A DNA stretch of 64,000 nt from an uncultured Bacteroidales bacterium (GTDB lineage: Bacteria > Bacteroidota > Bacteroidia > Bacteroidales > UBA4417), in NCBI GenBank assembly GCA_903822525.1, contig CAIJPI010000180.1:46371-110370 (forward strand), written 5' to 3'. The notes under the pieces were generated by a model that saw only the letters and a list, made by a program, of their open reading frames with translations, did not search any database and was not told where the DNA came from. The position numbers and the translations under genes are program-made. This document shows, one piece after another, positions 40,323-48,358 of this stretch (position 1 is the first letter of the stretch; every line of letters begins with the position of its first letter).

Positions 40323-41447
40323 TCAGTATGGCCCATGTGACAATACAGATTTGAAAAGCCTGAGCAAAGCGCCGGCATTTTCATCCCAGGTGTACTTCAT
40401 GGAATGTTGTTTTAAAATTTCAGGCAGGTTGGGATTATTGTTAAAAATTTCCATTTTCTGCAAAAAGAATGCAGCCATATATTCAGGTTCGAATTTTTCC
40501 CAGTAAAAGGCTTTATCTCCGCTTACCTCCGGAATACTTGAGTAGGTTGATGCAAATACAGGCTTGCCAAAACGCATGGCCTCAACCGGAGGAAAGCCCA
40601 TGCCTTCGAATTTTGAAGGGAACAGCACTGCCTTGCAATGAGTATACATCCAGTATTTATCGGCATCCGAAATGAGCCCAGGCATAATTACCCTGCCTGT
40701 AAGTCCTGATTCTGCAATCCTGTCAGCGATAGCATGTGCATAGCTACTGGTTTTATTGCCGGCAATAATTAGTTTATACCTTTCAGGAATATGCTTCATG
40801 AATTCAAGCAGAACCATCGAATTTTTTTTTGGTTGAATAACTCCGATCGAAAACAGCAGATCGCCATCCGGAGCAAATGCAGGCCGGGTAGCACCCGGAA
40901 ATTCCTCAACTTCTACACCGCAATATATTACCCGTATCGGAATATTAGCTGTAATGAGATTTGATTTTACACTATCGGCAGTGAATTGTGATATTGCAGT
41001 AATTACTGCCGATTTATTGACTTTCTGTTGTAAAATGGCCAAACGTGCTTTTGCTTTGGCAGGTGTTTTCTCGCCAAGGAAGTTAAGGTCGTTGATAGTA
41101 AGGATGAAAGGAGTTCCGCGGCCGGGATGAAATTTCGAATCCTGATGTATGGTATACCACAGATCGTAATTCTTACAAAATTCGGGGAAATATCTTCGTT
41201 TCAGAGTAGTAGTCTCATAGTCAACAAGATTTCCAAAATAATTTTTGAATTTTGCCGGAACCAGAAAAGTGAAATGCAGTTCGTTGTCTACGGTACCCGA
41301 TAATGCCTTTCCAAAATGATAAGCCACCTGTCCTAAACCAGTGTTCAGGTCCTTGAGCCTGTCAAGATCAATAAGAACATTGGCTTTTTTCATACAGTCA
41401 TTAATTGGAGGCAGATCATGGTAAAATTTATAATTAATTTTCTTCAT
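40323..41447 (-). CDS. Glycosyltransferase family 4 (GT-B)
   Basis: C-terminal EX7E region FPSKFEGMGFPPVEAMRFGKPV. The start is either the ATG at 41447 or the GTG at 41462. Confidence 0.85.
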   Translation of the reverse strand: MKKINYKFYHDLPPINDCMKKANVLIDLDRLKDLNTGLGQVAYHFGKALSGTVDNELHFTFLVPAKFKNYFGNLVDYETTTLKRRYFPEFCKNYDLWYTIHQDSKFHPGRGTPFILTINDLNFLGEKTPAKAKARLAILQQKVNKSAVITAISQFTADSVKSNLITANIPIRVIYCGVEVEEFPGATRPAFAPDGDLLFSIGVIQPKKNSMVLLEFMKHIPERYKLIIAGNKTSSYAHAIADRIAESGLTGRVIMPGLISDADKYWMYTHCKAVLFPSKFEGMGFPPVEAMRFGKPVFASTYSSIPEVSGDKAFYWEKFEPEYMAAFFLQKMEIFNNNPNLPEILKQHSMKYTWDENAGALLRLFKSVLSHGPY

Positions 41448-41477
41448 TATAATGAAACTCACAAATACATATAGGTA

Positions 41478-42575
41478 TCAGGTGTTTTCTTCGAGGAATT
41501 TCAGGATTGTGGCAGCAATAAAACTAACATCTTCATTGGTAAGTTCAGGGTAACTCGGGAGATTCAGCCCCCTGTAACTCAGATTATCCGTTACCGGGAA
41601 TCCGATTTCGTTATGGTCCGCATACATAGGCATGGTATGACAGGGATAGAACAAAGGGCGTGAATCGATTTCATGCTTCTTCATGTGGTTTACCAACTTA
41701 TCGCGTAAGCCGGAATTCTTAAGTAATATGGAGCACATCCAATAGGAATGTTGTGTATCCACTTCCTGTTCGTGAAATTCTATACAGGTATCCCGGAAGG
41801 ATTCGCGGTATGCATTTGCAATCCGTATTTTATCAGCAAGAATTTCACCTATACATTCGAGTTGTGCCAGGCCGATAGCAGCACATAAATTAGTCATTCT
41901 GTAGTTGTATCCAATTACGTCATGCCAGTATACCTTTGAAGTAACGCCCTGGTTTTTGATATGGGAAGCTTTTTCAATTAGCTGACGGTTATTTGAAATT
42001 ACCATTCCGCCTTCGCCGGTTGTAATAGTTTTGTTGCCGAAGAAACTGAAAGCAGCAATGTCGCCGAAAGTTCCGACATGCTTTCCCTTATAAAGGGTGC
42101 CAATGCCTTCGGCACAGTCTTCGATTAGCAGTAGGTTATGCTTTTTGCAGATGGAAAGAATCCGATCCATGTCGCAGGGTGCTCCATAGAGATGCACCAG
42201 CAGGATTGCTTTGGTTCGGTCGGTAATTTTTCGCTCAATATCGGCCGGATCGATTTGCCAGTTGTGGCTGCATACATCAGCAAAAATAACTGTGGCACCG
42301 GTATAATGCACAGCATTTGGAGTTGCAACATAAGTAAAATCAGGTACTATAACTTCATCGCCTGCACTAATGTCAGCAGCCATCAATGCCAGGTGAAGTG
42401 CAGCGGTGCCGTTGTTTACCGAAGTTGCAAATGCAGCACCCGTATATTCAGCAAAACTGGTTTCAAATTTTTCGATATAACTTCCTTTCGACGATATCCA
42501 GGTAGAATCGAGGCAATCCATTACATATTTCTTCTCATTCCCAGTAAAAGAACGGTTATAGACCGGATATTTCAT
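41478..42575 (-). CDS. DegT/DnrJ/EryC1/StrS-family sugar aminotransferase
   Basis: NGTAALHLAL, FSFFGNKTITTGEGGM (PLP-binding lysine), GYNYRMTNL. Confidence 0.9.
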   Translation of the reverse strand: MKYPVYNRSFTGNEKKYVMDCLDSTWISSKGSYIEKFETSFAEYTGAAFATSVNNGTAALHLALMAADISAGDEVIVPDFTYVATPNAVHYTGATVIFADVCSHNWQIDPADIERKITDRTKAILLVHLYGAPCDMDRILSICKKHNLLLIEDCAEGIGTLYKGKHVGTFGDIAAFSFFGNKTITTGEGGMVISNNRQLIEKASHIKNQGVTSKVYWHDVIGYNYRMTNLCAAIGLAQLECIGEILADKIRIANAYRESFRDTCIEFHEQEVDTQHSYWMCSILLKNSGLRDKLVNHMKKHEIDSRPLFYPCHTMPMYADHNEIGFPVTDNLSYRGLNLPSYPELTNEDVSFIAATILKFLEENT

Positions 42576-43012
42576 AGGCCTGATAATTTATTATTATTTG
42601 TCATGCTGACTCAATTTAGCCCAGTTACATGACTTATTTAATTATTATATTTTTTCACTCCGTAATAATTGCTGAATGGACAGCCCAGGATATGATTAAA
42701 ATTAGAAAATAGAAACAGGCTGAAAAAACCATTAGTATTGTCAGGTCCTGTAAATAGTAAATACAAGCACTTGAGCGAATACAGTAGATGGTCAGTAATG
42801 ATTGTTTGCCTGAGAATACAGGGCTTTGCAACAATCAGAATTCAAATGTAGGATAAAATTAAACGAATGAATCTGAAAAGTGAAAATAAATGTTTACGAT
42901 GAAGCTTCTTGTTTCAGGGGAATTGACCGATTTAGAAGAATAGACATAATGGGGAACAGCTTGTTTAAAAAGATTCGGGAAAGGTTATCAAGGGGAAGCG
43001 AACAGGCAGCAG

Positions 43013-43339
43013 CTAAAATAGCTTTTCATTCAACTTGTGCCTGTCTTTATCGCGTAAAGTCTTTTTTTGCAGATTTTTATCAATGGCTTGTGTTAGGTCA
43101 ATGCCTGTTTGGTTTGCCAGGCATACCAGCACAAAAAGAACGTCGGCCATTTCATTGGCAAGGTCGGCCTGCTTGTCCGATTCTTTCTCGCTTTGTTCAC
43201 CATACCTGCGTGCCATGATACGTGCAACTTCTCCAACTTCCTCCATCAGGACGGCTGTATTGGTGAGCTCATTAAAATACCTCACCCCATTGGTCTTTAT
43301 CCACTGGTCAACAGTATGCTGCAATTCTTCTATGGTCAT
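43013..43339 (-). CDS. MazG-like nucleotide pyrophosphohydrolase
   Basis: 108 aa with the EExxE/ExxD pattern LMEEVGEVARIM...LANEMADVLFVLVCLANQTGIDL. Confidence 0.85.
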   Translation of the reverse strand: MTIEELQHTVDQWIKTNGVRYFNELTNTAVLMEEVGEVARIMARRYGEQSEKESDKQADLANEMADVLFVLVCLANQTGIDLTQAIDKNLQKKTLRDKDRHKLNEKLF

Positions 43340-43364
43340 TTAGTTTCTGATTATTCCAGGAAAA

Positions 43365-44072
43365 TTAATCTTTTACTTCAAGCCGGAATCCTGTTCCATG
43401 TATATTCACAATTGAGATATCGGGATCGTCTTTCAGGTATTTTCTGAGTTTAGTGATGAAAACATCCATGCTTCGGCCGATAAAGTAATTGTCGTTTCCC
43501 CATACGGCTTTCAACGTTTTTTCGCGGGTAATAAGCTGGTTTTTATGGCTGTATAAAACACGAAGCAGTTCAACTTCTTTGGTAGTAAGCGCTATGCGTT
43601 TTTCTGCTATACGCAGTTCGTGGTTGAGGGAGTCAAAAGTGTATTTTCCAAGGGTAAATACACCTCCCAAATTCGGCTTTTCAGAAAGTTCACCCGGTTC
43701 CGGGCGACGGCAACGCCTGAGTATCGCTCCAATGCGGAGTTCAAGTTCTTCGCTGCTGAAAGGCTTTGTAATATAATCATCGCAACCGGCTTTAAACCCG
43801 GTTACGCGGTCTTCCATCTGGCCACGGGCTGAAAGAAAGATGATAGGAACCTCCTGATTCAGTTCACGTATTTCGGTTGCAAGGGTAAATCCGTCCTTAC
43901 GGGGAAGCATAATATCGAGAATCAGCAGGTCGAATGGCTGCAGCTTAAATATCTCCAGGCCTTCGTTTCCATCCTGTGCCCTGAAAACTTCATAATCCTG
44001 AAGTTCAAGGTAATCGCGCAGCACATCGCCCAGGTTAATATCATCTTCAACTAATAATATTTTTGCTTTCAT
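43365..44072 (-). CDS. OmpR-family response regulator
   Basis: Receiver domain KILLVEDD...DLLILDIMLPRKDG...SARG, followed by a winged-helix domain LTTKEVELLRVL...IHGTGFRL. Confidence 0.92.
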   Translation of the reverse strand: MKAKILLVEDDINLGDVLRDYLELQDYEVFRAQDGNEGLEIFKLQPFDLLILDIMLPRKDGFTLATEIRELNQEVPIIFLSARGQMEDRVTGFKAGCDDYITKPFSSEELELRIGAILRRCRRPEPGELSEKPNLGGVFTLGKYTFDSLNHELRIAEKRIALTTKEVELLRVLYSHKNQLITREKTLKAVWGNDNYFIGRSMDVFITKLRKYLKDDPDISIVNIHGTGFRLEVKD

Positions 44073-44076
44073 AAGG

Positions 44077-45375
44077 CTACTGATTTTGTGAAATGTTGCT
44101 CAGATAATCGAGGGGTAACGAAATTTCGAACCTGCTTCCATTGCCAGGCTCACTGTGCAGGTTAATGTTTCCGTTATGTGCATCAACAAGACGTTTTACA
44201 TAATATAAACCTAGTCCAAAGCCTTTTACATCGTGCAGGTTCCCTGTATGTACACGATACATTTTCCGAAAGATATGCTTCTGGTTTTCAGCGCTTATTC
44301 CAATTCCTTTATCCACAACCGCAACAACAACATGGTCATTCCTGTTAAATGTACTAATGACAATATCAGGGATTCCGGGTGAATATTTATTGGCATTGTC
44401 GAGTAGGTTGATGACAACATTTTCGATATGCATACTATCGGCATACACCATGTGGTTGGCTGCATTGAGCAGGAGTTTTAACGAACCGTTTTTTTCTTTC
44501 ACTAGGAGTTGAAAGCTGTCAGCTGCCTTCTGAATGAGTTGATGTATATCTATGGATTCAAATCTGAGGCTATAGGTACCACGGTCGAGCACAGCAAGCT
44601 GAAGTACATGATCAACCTGGTTTTTAAGACGAATATTTTCGTCGTAGATAATGCCTGCATATTTACGGGCTTTTGTTTCGGATAGAAGAACCGAAGGCTT
44701 CAGCAGCATTTCGCTGGCTAATGAGATAGTAGCTATTGGTGTTTTGAATTCATGGGTGATGTTGTTCACGAAGTCAGTTTTCATCTCCGAAATTTTCTTT
44801 TGTCGCAGAAACGAATAGATGTTGAAAATAAAACCGAAAACAAGGACTATGAGAAGGATGAAGCAAACCAGCAGCCACCAGAAGATGCTGTGAAATGCCC
44901 TGTTCCGTTCATCGGGGAACCATGCCCCCAGCACCATCTGGTTATTTTTAAAGATACAGGATAAGGAAGCTGTGTGTGTTGATCCTAATAATTGCGCCTC
45001 ATAACCCGATTTCGAAATAAATTCGGCGTGAGATGAATCCTGGCTGAAAATACCGTATACATAGGGACCTCTTAAGCCAGCTTCCGAAAATTCATTTTTT
45101 ATCAGTGGTTTAAGCACATCTGGATTAATACCGCCGGGGAGCAATTGACTTTGCCGTTTACAATCATTTTTACAGAAAAGTCCATCGTTGCAGGTGTCGC
45201 CTTTGGATTCGTACATCTGATTTACCGTGCCTTTGAGAGCAAGCCTTACCCGGTTGTCGAATTGCTCTTCCTGTAACAAAAGTGCATTCCTTATCCAGAA
45301 AAACTGAATAAAAATAATACCTGCCAAAGCAATACCGGTAATGGAAACTATTATTAAGAATGTTGTTTTCTTCAC
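44077..45375 (-). CDS. Sensor histidine kinase (two TM helices, extracytoplasmic domain, HisKA + HATPase_c)
   Basis: H-box FVNNITHEFKTPIATI, N-box LLDNANKY, G-boxes DKGIGI and GFGLGLYYVKRLV. There is a 4-nt gap to the response regulator gene. Confidence 0.9.
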   Translation of the reverse strand: MKKTTFLIIVSITGIALAGIIFIQFFWIRNALLLQEEQFDNRVRLALKGTVNQMYESKGDTCNDGLFCKNDCKRQSQLLPGGINPDVLKPLIKNEFSEAGLRGPYVYGIFSQDSSHAEFISKSGYEAQLLGSTHTASLSCIFKNNQMVLGAWFPDERNRAFHSIFWWLLVCFILLIVLVFGFIFNIYSFLRQKKISEMKTDFVNNITHEFKTPIATISLASEMLLKPSVLLSETKARKYAGIIYDENIRLKNQVDHVLQLAVLDRGTYSLRFESIDIHQLIQKAADSFQLLVKEKNGSLKLLLNAANHMVYADSMHIENVVINLLDNANKYSPGIPDIVISTFNRNDHVVVAVVDKGIGISAENQKHIFRKMYRVHTGNLHDVKGFGLGLYYVKRLVDAHNGNINLHSEPGNGSRFEISLPLDYLSNISQNQ

Positions 45376-45415
45376 AGTTTCAAAATTAGGAAGTTAAATG
45401 GCATGGAATACAATA

Positions 45416-45432
45416 GTTAACATATTGTTAAC
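45416..45432. promoter_or_regulatory. Palindrome GTTAACA-TAT-TGTTAAC upstream of the histidine kinase gene
   Basis: Perfect 7-bp arms with a 3-bp spacer, 41 nt upstream of the kinase ATG (45375). Confidence 0.4.
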
Positions 45433-45533
45433 AACACAGGAATAAAGTCTTCTTTTTAAGCGGGAAATTTATTGTAAAAGGATCCCTGCGTTTTATTATT
45501 CAGAGCATTCAGTTCTGCAGCAGAATTCTTCAG

Positions 45534-47270
45534 TTAGAGTTCTGTTTGTCTTTTTTTAGTGATATTGCGTGCAATTACCATAACGGAATCTTCAGTGAGC
45601 GGTGTAGCACGGGCCTCGAAGTATTGTTTTTTCTCAGCTCTGACAATGCTGTATTCGAATGAAAGCACTTCCTTCGATTCGATACAATTCCGGTAAATTT
45701 CAAGTTGGGTTTTTACTTCCTCAGCGGGGAAAATATGGCTGAGGTTATGACTCCTGATCAGGGCAGGATCCATAACAAGTTCGGCTGGCTTGTTAGCAAC
45801 AAAATCAAGGAAATCGCCCTTCAGGTTTATAACAAATAACATATCGGGTAATACGTTCAGCATGGCATTCATACGTGCCGATTGCTTTATCAGTTCATCA
45901 ACTGCTTTCCCGTGTTCTGCCTGAAACCAGCGTTCGCGGGTTACATTTCTTCCTGACCCTACCGTTCCTATAAGGTTTCCTTCACTGTCGTAAAACGGGG
46001 ATTTATAAACATCCAGAAACAGGAATTCACCATGTGTATTGCCTTGTTCGTCGAAACGCTGTGTCTGTTTACTTTCTAATACTATTGTATCCGTATCTCT
46101 GCATATTTCGCCAAAGGTATGCCATTCCGGATTTTCGGGATGGCTTTCCCGTTCCCGCTGTGCAAAGAACAGATCCGTCTTCCCGACAGGTTCGCTGGTA
46201 TCAGTTGCATTTAGCAGGCCTGATCCCATTGCTTTATTCACAAAAATGTACTCGTTATCCAGATTTTTGGCCCAGATCATATCAGGGACATTGTCGCACA
46301 TCAAGCGGAGCATCTGGTACATTTCTTTGTATTTCTTCTCGCTTTCCCTGATCAGCTTTTCGTTATTTTTACGTGCTGATATATCGTTAAGCATAATTAA
46401 AGCAGATATTCTATTGTTGAAAACAACTGGTATTGAACTGGTTTCACAGGTTTTTCTATTTCCATCCCTGCAAATTATATCTCCTTCCACCGTTTCATTC
46501 TCCATATTCCGTTCGAGCTGCAGAATACGTTCTTTAATCAAAACTTTTGATTCCTCAGCTATGACATCCAGTGCAGTTATACCGATAAGATCATCAGGGC
46601 TATCGTAGCCGAAAATATGGGCAGCTGCAAGATTACTGTATATATATATGCCTTTGTGCATAACAAGTATGCCCGCCGGAGAGGCTTCAAGCAAGTTGCG
46701 AAATTGTAATTCGCTGGTTTCCAGTTCATTTTCAATGGCTTTTGAATCGGAGATATCCGTTGCAATACATTGCAGGTAATCATGGCCTTCTTCATTGTAA
46801 AATGTAGTCTGAAAACGGATTTGCAGCTCTTTTTCACCCTGTAAAAGCCTCAGGTTGGTAGATAAAGTTGTTTTGGAAGCAATTATTTTATTGACCTGAA
46901 AATTCAATAACTCTGCACTTTCGGGATGAATGTAGTTGCTAAGAAGTTCTCCGTTAACAGCTGATTCATCAAGTGCGAACAAGCGGCAAAACGCTTTATT
47001 GCTGGCAACAATAACTCCATTTTCATCTAAGATACAATAACCGACCGGTGCATTATAAAATAAGCTGTGGATCCGTTTTCTGGCCTTCTCGAGGTAGCCT
47101 TTCAACAAGCTGTTATCAGGATGAGTAGAAACGATCGGATTTCCGGGTAGGATTTCCTCGATTAGCTTCTCTAACTGGGAAATGTATTCATTGGTAGGAA
47201 CATAAACTTTATGGTCAAGTACCGACTGAGCTTTTGAACGAAATGCATCTATATTAAAGGACTCTGACAT
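45534..47270 (-). CDS. Multi-PAS domain protein without a recognisable output domain
   Basis: 578 aa. About four PAS-like blocks, e.g. FYNAPVGYCILDENGVIVASNKAF, LLEASPAGILVMHKGIYIYSN, LMCDNVPDMIWAKNLDNEYIFVN, MLNVLPDMLFVINLKGDFLDF. No H-box, GGDEF, HTH or receiver motif was seen. Confidence 0.82.
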   Translation of the reverse strand: MSESFNIDAFRSKAQSVLDHKVYVPTNEYISQLEKLIEEILPGNPIVSTHPDNSLLKGYLEKARKRIHSLFYNAPVGYCILDENGVIVASNKAFCRLFALDESAVNGELLSNYIHPESAELLNFQVNKIIASKTTLSTNLRLLQGEKELQIRFQTTFYNEEGHDYLQCIATDISDSKAIENELETSELQFRNLLEASPAGILVMHKGIYIYSNLAAAHIFGYDSPDDLIGITALDVIAEESKVLIKERILQLERNMENETVEGDIICRDGNRKTCETSSIPVVFNNRISALIMLNDISARKNNEKLIRESEKKYKEMYQMLRLMCDNVPDMIWAKNLDNEYIFVNKAMGSGLLNATDTSEPVGKTDLFFAQRERESHPENPEWHTFGEICRDTDTIVLESKQTQRFDEQGNTHGEFLFLDVYKSPFYDSEGNLIGTVGSGRNVTRERWFQAEHGKAVDELIKQSARMNAMLNVLPDMLFVINLKGDFLDFVANKPAELVMDPALIRSHNLSHIFPAEEVKTQLEIYRNCIESKEVLSFEYSIVRAEKKQYFEARATPLTEDSVMVIARNITKKRQTEL

Positions 47271-47309
47271 AGTTATTAGTTATAATAATAGACCTGGTAT
47301 TGTAATAGG

Positions 47310-47377
47310 AATGATAATGATATGGTTCAAATAATGTTATTGAATGATAGTAATGATTCATCAAAAGTAAGAATGAT
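47310..47377. promoter_or_regulatory. Cluster of five AATGAT hexamers in the divergent PAS / osmC spacer
   Basis: AATGAT starts at 47310, 47316, 47343, 47352 and 47372. Confidence 0.35.
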
Positions 47378-47492
47378 GGTGAAAAATTACAAAAATAGTC
47401 TGCTATAACAGCAATAAATTTTTTAAATGCCACTATATCAATACGATCCGTGTTGAAAAATATTCTATCCGATGCACTTACAATAACTTTCT

Positions 47493-47500
47493 TATCTTTG
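47493..47500 (+). promoter_or_regulatory. Candidate -7 promoter box (TATCTTTG) for the OsmC-family gene
   Basis: Exact TAnnTTTG match 19 nt upstream of the ATG at 47519. This supports the shorter start. Confidence 0.45.
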
Positions 47501-47518
47501 TACCATAAAATTCTTTCC

Positions 47519-47929
47519 ATGGAAACTTCGAGGGTGACATATACAGGCGATTTACGCGCCCAGGCAATGCATATAAAATCCGGTCAGGTTTTTATTACCG
47601 ATGCCCCAACAGATAACCAGGGAAAAGGAGAAGCTTTTTCGCCTACCGATTTACTCGCAACTTCACTGGGAGCATGTGCAATTACGGTTGTTGGCATTGC
47701 AGCGCGCACTCACGGATTTAATGTGGATGGCACTGTACTTAAAATAACTAAAATTATGGCTTCGGAACCACGCAGAGTAGGCGAAGTGATAGTGGAAATG
47801 GATTTTCCCGCTGTGAAATATTCCGAAAAGGAAAAGAGTATTATCCGACACACCATCAACACATGCCCTGTAAGTCAAAGCCTGAATCAAAATCTGAAAC
47901 AGACCTTTATTCTTAACTTTTCGGACTAA
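47519..47929 (+). CDS. OsmC-family peroxiredoxin-like protein
   Basis: GKGEAFSPTDLLATSLGACAITVV...HTINTCPVSQSL contains the two conserved Cys regions of OsmC/Ohr. Confidence 0.85.
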   Translation: METSRVTYTGDLRAQAMHIKSGQVFITDAPTDNQGKGEAFSPTDLLATSLGACAITVVGIAARTHGFNVDGTVLKITKIMASEPRRVGEVIVEMDFPAVKYSEKEKSIIRHTINTCPVSQSLNQNLKQTFILNFSD

Positions 47930-48333
47930 TGCCGATAATGGAAGATAACCTAATAACAGGGACTGAAGGTAAAAAAACAATAGAAGTCACGGCTGATAAA
48001 TTAGCTTCTTTTATTGGATCAGGAACGCTTGAAGTGTTTGCAACACCTGCTATGATAGCACTTATGGAGCAGACCGCCATGGAGAGTGTTGCGCACCTGA
48101 TTCCAGAGAAATACGTAACTGTTGGCACCGAGGTTTCGGTTAAGCATTTTAAAGCAACATTGCCCGGGAAAATGGTTACCTGTAATTCAAAACTAATCCA
48201 ATCGGAAGGCAGGAAACTGGTTTTCGAAGTAATGGCCAGCGACGAATCAGGGATGATCGGCAAAGGCACTCACACCCGTTATATTGTTGATAAACAGTTT
48301 TTTATCGATAGTCTAACAACAATATTAAATTAG
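47929..48333 (+). CDS. Hotdog-fold thioesterase (FlK-like family)
   Basis: GSGTLEVFATPAMIALMEQTAMESV...VGTEVSVKHFKATLPG. The start overlaps the osmC stop (TAATG). Confidence 0.72.
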   Translation: MPIMEDNLITGTEGKKTIEVTADKLASFIGSGTLEVFATPAMIALMEQTAMESVAHLIPEKYVTVGTEVSVKHFKATLPGKMVTCNSKLIQSEGRKLVFEVMASDESGMIGKGTHTRYIVDKQFFIDSLTTILN

Positions 48334-48358
48334 TACTTCAACAAAAAAATATACGCTT

